This document shows, in pieces, positions 29,958 through 40,525 of a stretch of 64,000 bases of DNA; the first letter of the stretch is position 1, and each line of letters opens with the position of its first letter. The position numbers were made by a program, and so were the translations under genes. Location: contig OZ245838.1 of NCBI GenBank assembly GCA_965228735.1, positions 6,784,001-6,848,000 of the forward strand, given 5' to 3'. The notes below the pieces were generated by a model that did not search any database, was not told the DNA's origin, and saw only the letters and a list, made by a program, of their open reading frames with translations. This DNA is from Planctomycetota bacterium. GTDB taxonomy: Bacteria; Planctomycetota; UBA1135; UBA2386.

Positions 29958-31547
29958 GGCCAGCTCGGTGAGGTTGGCCTGGGCGTCGGACTTGGCCTTC
30001 GTCGCGAGTTCGCGCGCGGTGGCCGTGGCGCTGCTGTCGGCGAGGACCTTGTCGGCGAGTTCGATCGCGCGATGGTAGAGCTGCCTGGCTTCCGCGAGGT
30101 TGACCTCGTTCGGCAGGTGGTAGTGCAGGATCACGCCGAGGTCGTTCGTGAGCTGGGGTGACGTCGGTTCGATGTCGAGCGCGCGGCGGTAGGCGTCGAG
30201 CGCGCCGGCGAAGTCCTTGGTCTCGCGGCAGAGGAACGCGCGGTTGTTCCACGCGTCCGCCGTGTTGTAGAGCAGCGCGATCACGTGGTTGAGGTCGCGG
30301 CTGTGCTCGATCTTGCCGCGCTGGTAGGCGCGGTCCGCGAGGAAGCGCACGATCGCGGCGATGCGGCCGCGCATCTCGGCAGAGAGGCCTTTCACGACGC
30401 CGGCGAAGGCGACGGCCGAACTCGACGCGTAGCTCGCGGCGTGCGCCTCGGCCGCGTCGTGGTCCTCGAGCTCGTAGGCCGCGAGCGCGGCGTAGTAGTG
30501 CGCGTTCACGTACTCGGGGTTGAGGCTCAACACGCCTTCGAACGCGGTGCGCGCGGCCTGCCAGTCCTGCCCCTCGAAGATCGCGATGCCCTCGTAGAAC
30601 TGCAGCGTCGCGGCCTTCTGCGGGGAACTGCCCGCACGGGCCGAATACCGCTCCCGAACGCGCCGATAGGTGTCGCGCCGCTGCTGCCACGACAGGCCCT
30701 GCTGGATCGCCTGGTGGTCGACGAAGCCGTCATTCGGGTCGATCGCGAGGGCGGCGAGCCAGTGACGACGCGCGTCGGCCGTGCGCTTCTCCAGCTCGGC
30801 GATGCGCGCGAGCATCACGTGCGGATGGGCCCGGGTCGGATCGAGCTCGGCCGCCTTCTCGTAGGCGGATGTCGCGCCGACGCGTTCGCGCGCGATCTCG
30901 CCGAGCAGGTCGGCCTCGGCCTGACCCTGCAGCGTGCCCTTGCCGTGCAGCTCGAGCAGTCGCCGCAGGCGATCCATCGCGATGCGACCGAGCAGGATGT
31001 GCGCGCCGGCTCGGTCCGGGTGCCGCCGCACCGCGATCTCGGCCTGCCGCACCGCGGCCTCCCAGTCACCGAGCAGGTAGCGCGCCTGCGCCAGGATGAG
31101 CCGGCTGTCCTCGTGATCGGGCGCGATCGCGAGCACCTGCTCCGCGATCTTCGCGGCCTCGGCGTAGTCGGACAGCGGATCGATCGCGCCGCGGTCGCGC
31201 TCGCCCTTGAGCAGGTAGGTGCGCGCGAGCATCGCCGGCACCTCGACCGCGTCGGGGAACGTCGACTGCCCCTGGTCGAGCAGGTTGATCGCGTCGGCGT
31301 AGTTGCCGCTGCGCCCGAGGCACCGCCCGGCGTTCACGATCCACTCGGCGTTGTGCGGCTGGCGCTCGACGAGCTGCAGGAACGCCTCGGCTGCTGCGGC
31401 GAAGTCACCGCGGTTCTCGGCGCCGAACGCCTGTTCCCGCAGGGTCGCCGGCGTGGGGTCCTGGGCGACCGCCGGCGCCGCCAGCGCCAGCGCCGCGAAT
31501 GCGAGCAGCGCCGCGGCGGTTCTGGCGGCGGTAGGGGTGGTTCTCAT
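29952..31547 (-). CDS. Secreted TPR protein
   Basis: Signal peptide ending AVAQD; multiple TPRs. Confidence 0.8.
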   Translation of the reverse strand: MRTTPTAARTAAALLAFAALALAAPAVAQDPTPATLREQAFGAENRGDFAAAAEAFLQLVERQPHNAEWIVNAGRCLGRSGNYADAINLLDQGQSTFPDAVEVPAMLARTYLLKGERDRGAIDPLSDYAEAAKIAEQVLAIAPDHEDSRLILAQARYLLGDWEAAVRQAEIAVRRHPDRAGAHILLGRIAMDRLRRLLELHGKGTLQGQAEADLLGEIARERVGATSAYEKAAELDPTRAHPHVMLARIAELEKRTADARRHWLAALAIDPNDGFVDHQAIQQGLSWQQRRDTYRRVRERYSARAGSSPQKAATLQFYEGIAIFEGQDWQAARTAFEGVLSLNPEYVNAHYYAALAAYELEDHDAAEAHAASYASSSAVAFAGVVKGLSAEMRGRIAAIVRFLADRAYQRGKIEHSRDLNHVIALLYNTADAWNNRAFLCRETKDFAGALDAYRRALDIEPTSPQLTNDLGVILHYHLPNEVNLAEARQLYHRAIELADKVLADSSATATARELATKAKSDAQANLTELAK

Positions 31548-31549
31548 GC

Positions 31550-34500
31550 CTACTGGCCTTGCAACAACTGTTCCGCAGCCCGCAGGTGTCGCCGGGCGCC
31601 GGGTCGACGGGCGCCCGGGTAATGGCTCATGCTCTGCTCGGCCGCGGCCTTGGCCGCCTTGGCGTCCTTGCTGCGCTTCAGGTGCCACAGCGCGAGGTTC
31701 TCGTAGCAGTCGCCGATCGCCTCGTCGAGGTTCTGACGTTCGTTGCGATCCTCGGGCGGGTCGTCCGCCATCTGCGCCTTGCCGTCGGCGATGGCCGACT
31801 CGAGCAGGGCCTTCATCTCGTCCCAGTCGCGCTCGAGGTGGTAGATCGCGATCAGCGCGCAGTCGTTGCGCAGCCGCACGTTCGTCGGGTCGAGCTGCTG
31901 CGCGCGGCGGTACGCCTTGTAGCTCTGCTCGTACATCTCCTGCGCTTCCTTCAGCTTGCCCTGGCGCTCGAGCTGGTTGCCGTAGTCGCGCGCGAACAGG
32001 CCCGAGTTGTTGAGCATCAGCAGATCGCTGTCGGCCGCATCGGACGCGCGGCGGTAGATCGCCTCGGTCTTCTCGAGGTTGCCGGCCTGGTAGTAGTGGT
32101 CGGCCAGCAGCGCGATGCCGAGCTTGATGCTCTCGTTCAGTCCGAGGTCGTCGCCGATGGCCTCCGGGCACAGCTCGACGGCCTGCATGAGCTTGTCCTC
32201 GGCGAGATCGAAGTCCTTGGCCTGGAACGCGATGTTGCCCTGCTTGCCGAGCGTCATCGCGATCCAACGCTCGCAGCTCGCCCGGTAGTCGGCGTTCTGC
32301 GCCATCGACTTCTCGAACGCCTGCCGTGCTGCATCGAGCGTCTTCACGGCCTGCTCCGGGTCGCCGAGCTCGCGCTGGTTGCTCGCCTCGAAGTAGCGCG
32401 CCTTGCCGAGATACCAGATGCCGGTCGGGTCACGCCGCTTCTGCAGCACGCCGAGCGCGAGGTCGACCTGGTTCTGGTTGATCGCCGTGTCGGCGAACTT
32501 GCCGAGCATCGCCGCGTCGTCCGGGTTCTTCGCGAGCGCGTCCTGGTAGACCCGCACGGCCGCGGCCGGCGCGCCGGCCCAGAGCTCCGTTGTCGCCCAC
32601 AGATCGAGCGTCGCGCCGTCGGTCTGACCTTCGGCGGCGAGCAGGCGGAACGACTTCCGCGCGTCGGACAGCAGCTCCGGCGCGTCCTCGCCGGCCTGCT
32701 TCTTCGCCGTGTAGGCCCGCGCCGCCGCGTTGGCGCGCACCGTGTGCGCCGCGTTGCGGTGTTCGGCCTGCCCGCCGCCGAGCGACTGCATGTGCAGCAG
32801 CAGCGAGGACGCCGTCTTCGCCGCGTTCTCGAAGTCGCTGAGCTGGTAGTAGGCGTCCGCGAGCAGCAGGCGCGGCTCCACCGGATCGCTGTCGAGCTCG
32901 ACCGCACGCTTCAGCGCGTTGATCGCGTCCTGGAAGAAGAACTCGACGCCGCTGCCGCCGGTCTGCGCCTTCTCCTTCGCGAGGCGCAGGTTGTAGTCCC
33001 CGCGCAGCGCCTGGAACGGGGCGTAGTCCTTGCACTCCTTCTGGATCTTGTCGAGCACCGCGAGCGCGCCGTGGATGTCGCCGGCCGCGGCCTTCTCGCG
33101 CGCCTGCGGCGCCGCCTTCTCGAACGCTTCCTTGCCGCCGCCCTGCTGCGCCATCGCGACGCTCGCGCCGGTGCTGGCCGCCGCGGTCGCGTTCGCCGCG
33201 ATGCCGCCGTTGCGCAGGATCGCCGCGGCTTCGCGCCGCTGGTAGGGGTAGTACTTCACGGCCTGCTCGCAGAACTCGCGGTACTCCGAGAACGGCCGGT
33301 TCAGGTTGTTGCCGAGCAGCACCGCGATGTTCTGGTAGGCGTCGCCGACCGCTTCCTCGAGGTTCTCGCGCGCGCCGGGGTCGGTCGACTCGTCCATCGC
33401 GGCGAGCTGCTCCGTGCCGAGCTCGATCGCCTGGTCGAAGCACTCGCGCGCGCGGTCGTAGCCGCGGCCGAGGTGGTAGACGAGCATCAGACCGCAGTCG
33501 TTGATCGTGCGCGCGTCGTCGGGCCACAGGCCGACCGCCTTCTCGTAGTAGCGGTAGCTCGTCTCCCAGAGTTCCTTCGCGCGAGCGCTGTCGCCGTCGC
33601 GCTCGACCTTGACGCCGAGGTCGCGGGCCGCGAGCGCCGCGTTGTTGTAGACGAAGCCCCATTGGTCGGGGTGGCGCGCGAGCACGCGTTCGTGGAACGC
33701 GAGCGTGCGTTCGAGCGCGTCGTCACCGCTCTCGGCGTGACCCGCCCCGATCGCGTCGATCAGACCCTGGTAGTGGTTGCCGAAGCTGTCGCGCACCACG
33801 GGCTGGCCGATCTCGTCGTAGGCATGGGCGAGCGGGCTCGCATTGGCGGCGGCGAACAGTCGCGTCTCGGCGCCGCCGAGGTCACCGACCTCGGCGAGGC
33901 AGCGCCCGGCCGACAGCTCGCACAGCGCGATCCACTGCGCTGCGCTGGCCGCGTGCTGCGGCATGACCGCGCTGTATTCGCCGAACTGCGTCTTGGCCTT
34001 GTCGTAGTTCGCGACGGCGCCCTGGAAGTTGCCCTGCTGGCGCTGGCCGTCGGCCTGGCCGAACAGCGCGCGGCCGTACTGCCAGTGCAGGATGACCGCG
34101 TCGGGGTTGGCCGCCGAGAAGCGGCGGTAGGCGCCCGCGAGTGCGGCGCGCTGCCCGATCGACGTCATCCACCCGATGTAGGCGTCGTGGATCGCGTTCT
34201 CGTCCGGGTGGTTCTGGATGCCGTGCTCGTACGCCGCCTGCGTCTTCTGGTCGTCCTGCAGGTAGCGGTAGACGATCGCCGTCTGGGTGGCCGCCTCGGC
34301 GGGGTAGTGCTCCCGCGCGAGGTGGTAGTTCTTGATGATCCGAACGGCCTGCTCGGCGTTCTTCTCGCTCGGCGGCACGATGCCGCGCGCGTTGGCCTCG
34401 CCGTTGTCGATCTCCTCCTGGCGCTTCGGGATCCACAGGCGCAGCTCGGAGTCCGCGTGCAGTCGCAGCGCGGTCGCGAGCTTGGGCTCGTCGACGTCGT

Positions 34501-34915
34501 CCTCGCCGGCCGCGGCGAAGCCTTCGGCCGCGACCTTGGCCGCGCCCGCGGCCGCGTCGAACTCGGCGAGGTCGAAGCGGCACTCGGCGAGCAGCAGCCA
34601 CGTCTCGGGCGCCGCGTTGCCGGCGTCGGTGACCTTCTCGAGCTGCGTCACCGCGTCGCGCAGGAAGAGGTCGGCCCGGCCCCGGTTGGGTTCGAGCGCG
34701 AGCATGCGCGAGCCCTGCGCCGCGAGCAGGCGGGCTTCCGCGAGGCCGGGGTTGCCCTTGAGCAGTTCGTCCGTGATCCGCAGCGCGCGGTCGGGGTCAT
34801 CGGCGAGCAGGCGCCGCGCCTCGAGCAGGCGTTCGGCTTCGACCGAGGTGGGGGTAGAAACGTTGGCGCAGGCCGCCAGAGCGGTCGCGCACCAAAACAG
34901 GGTCGATGACTTCAT
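31550..34915 (-). CDS. Large TPR lipoprotein with an internal duplication
   Basis: Lipobox LAAC; TPRs; two copies of an NN..L.ARD.G...ND..L...YHL module. Confidence 0.82.
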   Translation of the reverse strand: MKSSTLFWCATALAACANVSTPTSVEAERLLEARRLLADDPDRALRITDELLKGNPGLAEARLLAAQGSRMLALEPNRGRADLFLRDAVTQLEKVTDAGNAAPETWLLLAECRFDLAEFDAAAGAAKVAAEGFAAAGEDDVDEPKLATALRLHADSELRLWIPKRQEEIDNGEANARGIVPPSEKNAEQAVRIIKNYHLAREHYPAEAATQTAIVYRYLQDDQKTQAAYEHGIQNHPDENAIHDAYIGWMTSIGQRAALAGAYRRFSAANPDAVILHWQYGRALFGQADGQRQQGNFQGAVANYDKAKTQFGEYSAVMPQHAASAAQWIALCELSAGRCLAEVGDLGGAETRLFAAANASPLAHAYDEIGQPVVRDSFGNHYQGLIDAIGAGHAESGDDALERTLAFHERVLARHPDQWGFVYNNAALAARDLGVKVERDGDSARAKELWETSYRYYEKAVGLWPDDARTINDCGLMLVYHLGRGYDRARECFDQAIELGTEQLAAMDESTDPGARENLEEAVGDAYQNIAVLLGNNLNRPFSEYREFCEQAVKYYPYQRREAAAILRNGGIAANATAAASTGASVAMAQQGGGKEAFEKAAPQAREKAAAGDIHGALAVLDKIQKECKDYAPFQALRGDYNLRLAKEKAQTGGSGVEFFFQDAINALKRAVELDSDPVEPRLLLADAYYQLSDFENAAKTASSLLLHMQSLGGGQAEHRNAAHTVRANAAARAYTAKKQAGEDAPELLSDARKSFRLLAAEGQTDGATLDLWATTELWAGAPAAAVRVYQDALAKNPDDAAMLGKFADTAINQNQVDLALGVLQKRRDPTGIWYLGKARYFEASNQRELGDPEQAVKTLDAARQAFEKSMAQNADYRASCERWIAMTLGKQGNIAFQAKDFDLAEDKLMQAVELCPEAIGDDLGLNESIKLGIALLADHYYQAGNLEKTEAIYRRASDAADSDLLMLNNSGLFARDYGNQLERQGKLKEAQEMYEQSYKAYRRAQQLDPTNVRLRNDCALIAIYHLERDWDEMKALLESAIADGKAQMADDPPEDRNERQNLDEAIGDCYENLALWHLKRSKDAKAAKAAAEQSMSHYPGARRPGARRHLRAAEQLLQGQ

Positions 34916-35195
34916 GAAGACAGCGGGCGCTCAGGCCAGCCCATAGCGGACACGCCCAGGTTCGAAGAACCGGGAAGCGAGAACCGGGATGGGAGCAGCG
35001 CGGGAGAGGGGGTTGGCGACCACTGTGATTGTCGCACCTGGACCCCGGCGGCACCAGGGTTGCCCGGCCCGGGTTTCGGTCGGACCGTGCTCGCGGCCGA
35101 ATATTTCGCTGATCCGGCCGGCAAGATCCTTGCGGCGCGGGCGTCCACAGCGGACGCGCGCCCGTTCGCGATTGCGCTACCATGACGCCGCTGCC

Positions 35196-36719
35196 ATGGC
35201 CCGAATCCCCTCCGCGTTGCTCTTCGCCCGCTCGTTCGCCGGCTTGATCGGTTCTTTGGCCGCGGCCCTGCTGCTGCTCGTGCCGCTGGCCGGGCTCGTG
35301 CCCGCGCAGGACATCGTCGTGCTCGAGGATCGGACGACCGTCCAGCTGCAGGGGCATGCCGGCCAACGCCTCGGCGCGACGCTGCCCAAACCCGGTTTCG
35401 GCGCCTGGCGCGTCGGTGAGCCGCTCGCCCACGCGGCCGACGGGGTGCAGGTCTACGCGTTCTACACGACGAAGGGCTGCCCCGAGCTCAGCGGTGACGT
35501 CGAGTACCTCGCCGAACTCGCCCGGCAGTTCGCGGATCGCGGCGTCCAGTTCGCGGTCGTCGTCGAGCCGGGTGCGGAGTTGCCGGACGCCCTCGGCACG
35601 CTGCGCGTCGTCGAGGACGTGGACAACGCGGTCGGCACGGCGTGGTGCGGCGGCGAGCCCGGCCAGGCCAACGTGCTCGTCGTCGGGCCGAGCGCGACGT
35701 TGACGTTCCGCGCGGGGCTCGGTCGCGGCGTCGTCGACGCGATCGATCGCACCCTGAGCGGCAAGACCGCGCTCGCCGACGTCGCGCGGATGGCGCTCGA
35801 ACTCAACCGCGTCGCGAGCAACTTCGACAGCGTCGTCGGCAAGTCGGCGCGGCGGCAGATCGACCCGGTGCTGCGCCTGTCCCCGCGCGACGGCTACGCG
35901 CTCGGACTGTCGTACCTCATCGCGTCGACCAAGGAACGCGACGCCGACAAGGCCGAGACCTGGCGGCTCGCGGCGACCGACCGGCTCGCCAACCTGCCGC
36001 GCCCGCTCGCGCTCTTCGTCGACCTCGTGCTGCGCGGCGAAGAGCGCCCCGAGAAGCTCGCCAAGCAGCTCCTGCTCGCGATCGTGCCGGCGTCCGCGCT
36101 GGCGGCCAACGATCCCGTCGTGCAGCTGGCGCATCTGCGGGTGCTCATCTGCGCGGGTCTGCACAAGCAGGCTGGCCGGCAGGCGGCCAAGGTCCAGAAG
36201 CTCGCGATGACCAACCCGGAGCACGCGGCCGTGCTCTGCGAGCTGCTCACCAGGACCGAAACGCCGGCCGCCTACGAGCCGATGTGCGAGCAGGCGCTGG
36301 CCGTTGCCGCCCGCGGCGGCATCGCGGCCAACCGGCTCGCGGCGCTGCGCTACCTCGTCGCGGCGCGCTGCTCGGAGGACCCGGACGCGGCGAAGAAGGT
36401 GCTCGATACGTTCGTGCAGAAGAACGGCGGGGCGAGCGGCATCAACAACACCTGCTGGTACCTGATGACGGACGTCCCGACGATGGGGCGATACTCCGCG
36501 TTCGGGGTCGCCCTGGCCGAGCGCATGCTGACCAATCGCGGCGGCATGAGCTACTTCGAGTTCGACACGGTCGCCTACGCCATGTTCCTGGACGGCCGGT
36601 TCAAGGAGGCCGTGGAGCTGCAGGAGACGGCGATCCAGAAGGGCGGCGGCAACGATCCCGAGTACAAGGAGCGCCTCGCGCGCTACGAGGCCGCGGCCGC
36701 GGCCGCCGCCGGGCGCTGA
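35196..36719 (+). CDS. Secreted protein with a degenerate redoxin-like N-domain and TPR-like C-terminus
   Basis: Signal peptide; YAFYTTKGCP...YLAELARQF (a single Cys at the CxxC position); INNTCWYL...DTVAYAMF...EAVELQETAI. Confidence 0.65.
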   Translation: MARIPSALLFARSFAGLIGSLAAALLLLVPLAGLVPAQDIVVLEDRTTVQLQGHAGQRLGATLPKPGFGAWRVGEPLAHAADGVQVYAFYTTKGCPELSGDVEYLAELARQFADRGVQFAVVVEPGAELPDALGTLRVVEDVDNAVGTAWCGGEPGQANVLVVGPSATLTFRAGLGRGVVDAIDRTLSGKTALADVARMALELNRVASNFDSVVGKSARRQIDPVLRLSPRDGYALGLSYLIASTKERDADKAETWRLAATDRLANLPRPLALFVDLVLRGEERPEKLAKQLLLAIVPASALAANDPVVQLAHLRVLICAGLHKQAGRQAAKVQKLAMTNPEHAAVLCELLTRTETPAAYEPMCEQALAVAARGGIAANRLAALRYLVAARCSEDPDAAKKVLDTFVQKNGGASGINNTCWYLMTDVPTMGRYSAFGVALAERMLTNRGGMSYFEFDTVAYAMFLDGRFKEAVELQETAIQKGGGNDPEYKERLARYEAAAAAAAGR

Positions 36720-36928
36720 GCCCGCCTCAGGCGGTGGTGGGACGGGTGGCGGGACCAGTGGCCCGGCGCGTGGCGCGGCTGCTGGCAGGACTGGGCCGCC
36801 GGTAGGGACTGGGGGCGGGTCCCGGGGACCGAGTGGCAAAAGGCCGTTCCGGCCTTGCCCCGGCCCGACCCGTTGCTATCCTGCTCCGCCCGTTTCCCCC
36901 CGAACCGCACCCCAACCAGCCCGCACCC

Positions 36929-37240
36929 ATGTCCAGAGTCTGTGACGTCACCGGTCGCCGCACCCGCGTCGGAAACAAGGTCAAGCGCCGTGGTCTCGCC
37001 AAGAAGGACGGGGGCGTCGGCCGCCGTGTGACCGGCCGCAGCAAGCGCAAGTTCAAGCCGAACATCCAGCCGATCCGGGTCCTCACCCCGGAAGGCAAGA
37101 TCCTGCGCCTCAAGGTCGCCACGTCGGTGATCAAGAAGGGCATCGTCACGATCAAGCAGGGCGACAAGCTGGTTTCGTTCCCGCTCGTGAAGGCCGTCCG
37201 CGGCCGCAACCGCGCGTTCTCGAAGGCGCAGAAGCAGTAG
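36929..37240 (+). CDS. rpmB: 50S ribosomal protein L28
   Basis: MSRVCDVTG...RRGLAKKDGGVG...KRKFKPNIQ. Confidence 0.95.
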   Translation: MSRVCDVTGRRTRVGNKVKRRGLAKKDGGVGRRVTGRSKRKFKPNIQPIRVLTPEGKILRLKVATSVIKKGIVTIKQGDKLVSFPLVKAVRGRNRAFSKAQKQ

Positions 37241-37332
37241 CTGACGCCCGCGGATCGACCGCGACGCTCGGCGGCGAGCCGATCGGAAACGGGCCAGTCG
37301 GTCGGGAATGAGCCGCGGGCTCGAACGTAGGG

Positions 37333-37821
37333 GTGACGATGACGGATCCGAGTGCGGGCGATGACAGCGTGGGGGCGTCGGGGGCGCTCGATCTCGAGGA
37401 CCCGGCCCAGCTCGAGGTCGCCGTGCGCGAGGTCGCGTTGCGGCTGCTCGCCGGCGGGGTGTCGCGAGCGACGATCTCGCAGCTGCAGCGCATGATGCGC
37501 GAGAACGTCGGCGACTATCCGTGGCAGGAGGTCACGCGCCGCATCCTCGCCGAAGACGTCGACGCGCAGTCCCTCGTGCAACGCGGGCTGACCGCGCAGC
37601 GCGACTGGATCTGGCGTGGCGGGCGGGAGACGCCCGGGCCGTCGCTGTCGCATCGCACGAAGGGCTTCTTCGCGAAGCTCGTCGCGCAGACCATCTTCCT
37701 TTTGATCTGGGCCGTCGTGCTCGTGGCCGGGCTGCTGCTGCTCAAGCACCTGACGGGCATCGAGATCTACGTCGCGCTCGACTGGCTCTATTCGCTGTTC
37801 CCGAGCCTGCAGCCACGCTGA
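37333..37821 (+). CDS. Hypothetical membrane protein
   Basis: C-terminal TM helix; GC-rich third codon positions. Confidence 0.6.
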   Translation: MTMTDPSAGDDSVGASGALDLEDPAQLEVAVREVALRLLAGGVSRATISQLQRMMRENVGDYPWQEVTRRILAEDVDAQSLVQRGLTAQRDWIWRGGRETPGPSLSHRTKGFFAKLVAQTIFLLIWAVVLVAGLLLLKHLTGIEIYVALDWLYSLFPSLQPR

Positions 37822-38032
37822 TCGGCGGGTCGCGAACAGAAAATTTCGCCCCCGGGGAACCGGCCTGGCGGCCGTTCTCTCCACGATCGGCTTGACGCCG
37901 GACCACTACGGTTCGGTTGCCGCGGTGGCATGGGGACTACGCGTTGTGGAGGACTGTCAAGGATTCGGTCGTAGCTGATTCACAAGTGTGGATTACGTCG
38001 TGGATTCGGCGGAAAAACCCGGGGGGCCCTTG

Positions 38033-38060
38033 TTGAAATCCGGTGGAACGGTGGCATGAT
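38033..38060 (+). promoter_or_regulatory. Sigma70-type promoter of the candidate ncRNA
   Basis: TTGAAA (38033-38038), 16-nt spacer, TGn extended -10 CATGAT (38055-38060); predicted +1 near 38067. Confidence 0.55.
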
Positions 38061-38066
38061 CCATTT

Positions 38067-38356
38067 CCTGGCTTCCGCCAAGTTCTCGAAACGCCTAGTC
38101 GAGGACGGACGTGGGACCGGCAGTGGGAGTCCGCTCCCGCTGGCAGCGAAACGCTCTCTGAAAGACCAGCCGCCTGGACTGACCATCTTGGCGGCGTCGA
38201 AGCCGGGTTCGCCCGACTTCGAGCTAGCAGACACCAGTCGGGTCGTGGCTGTGTGGTGGAGACCAGTATCCCCCCTCCCTAACCGCCCTCTCCATTGCGT
38301 AGCCTGATCCGCATTCGCGGGCCTCAGTTCTGACCGGCTGAGGCCCGCTTTTTTTT
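38067..38356 (+). ncRNA. Unidentified structured RNA of about 290 nt
   Basis: Closing stem 38067-38082 pairs with 38187-38207; internal hairpins; a 16-bp stem 38247-38262/38289-38304 with five G-U pairs and a C-rich loop; ends in an intrinsic terminator. Confidence 0.7.
38317..38356 (+). terminator. Rho-independent terminator
   Basis: GCGGGCCTCAG/CTGAGGCCCGC 11-bp stem followed by T8. Confidence 0.9.
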
Positions 38357-38470
38357 GGGCCCGCTATTTTTTGGCCGTTGCGCCCCAGGTGTGGCCGCGG
38401 GGACCCTCGGGTGCCTGTAGATTCGGGATCCGGTGGCGCTAGAACCGGGCAAGACAGGCGGATACAGCGA

Positions 38471-39081
38471 ATGACGAAACCGGGTTTTCGCAAGGGACGT
38501 CCCGCCGGGACGCTCGGGGCAGCAGGCCGTGGCCAGGGCGGCGAGTCGGGCGCGTTCGTCAGCGGCGCGCTGTTCTCGCAGGCGCAGATCCTGCAGCTGA
38601 TGAAGAACGAGTTCGCGCGCTCGCGGCGGCACGAGATCCCGCTCGCGTGCCTGCTGCTGCAGGTCGATCGGCTCGCGCAACTCGTCGACCTCTACGGGGC
38701 CGGGCTGCGGCAGACCGTCCAGGAAAACGTCGCGACGATGGTGCGCGACCGGACCCGGGGCGCCGATTTGCTCGGCGTGACGTCGGCCGACCGCTACCTG
38801 CTCGTGCTGCCGCACACCGGGCTCGAAGAGACGCGCGTCGTCGCGGACCGGCTGCAGCGGCGCTTCGCCGAGCTCGAGATCGCGGTCGACGGGCGGCCGC
38901 TCGCGCTCACGATGAGCATCGGCATCGCGGCGAGCGTCGACGGTGACACGCTGTTCTTCGACACCCTCGTGGCGCAGGCCGAGGCCGCGATCGACTACGC
39001 GACCGAGCGTGGCGGCAACACGATCGTATCGTTCGGCGAGACCCAGCTGCACGGCCGCGACGGTGGCGGCGAGGGCAACGC

Positions 39082-39085
<4 letters not shown>
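38471..39085 (+). CDS. Degenerate GGDEF-domain protein
   Basis: EFARSRRH..PLACLLLQVD, LTMSIGIA and AEAAIDYA...GGN; the GG(D/E)EF site reads TSADRY. Confidence 0.8.
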
Positions 39086-40458
<1,373 letters not shown>

Positions 40459-40525
40459 CTGCCACGGATCCGGACCGGCGGTCGGGGCCTTGCGCCGCCC
40501 CGCGGCATCAACTGCAATCAGGTGC

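Noticed and set aside
31559..34909. Very long antisense or alternate-frame ORFs (e.g. 31559-34909 +, 4797-7916 -, 51494-53200 -, 59338-61563 -)
   Set aside because: Shadow ORFs expected from strong GC codon bias; the opposite strand carries the recognisable proteins.
36805..36827. G-quadruplex-like GGGACTGGGGGCGGGTCCCGGGG upstream of rpmB
   Set aside because: Expected by chance at this GC content, and it competes with a GGGAC/GTCCC hairpin.
37892..37960. TTGAC...GTCAA and ACTACG repeats, weakly NrdR-box-like
   Set aside because: Short, degenerate matches with no ribonucleotide reductase gene nearby.
38056..38307. Small ORFs (38043-38282, 38056-38307) over the candidate ncRNA
   Set aside because: No host codon bias or recognisable motif, and the starts overlap the promoter elements; RNA structure explains the region better.
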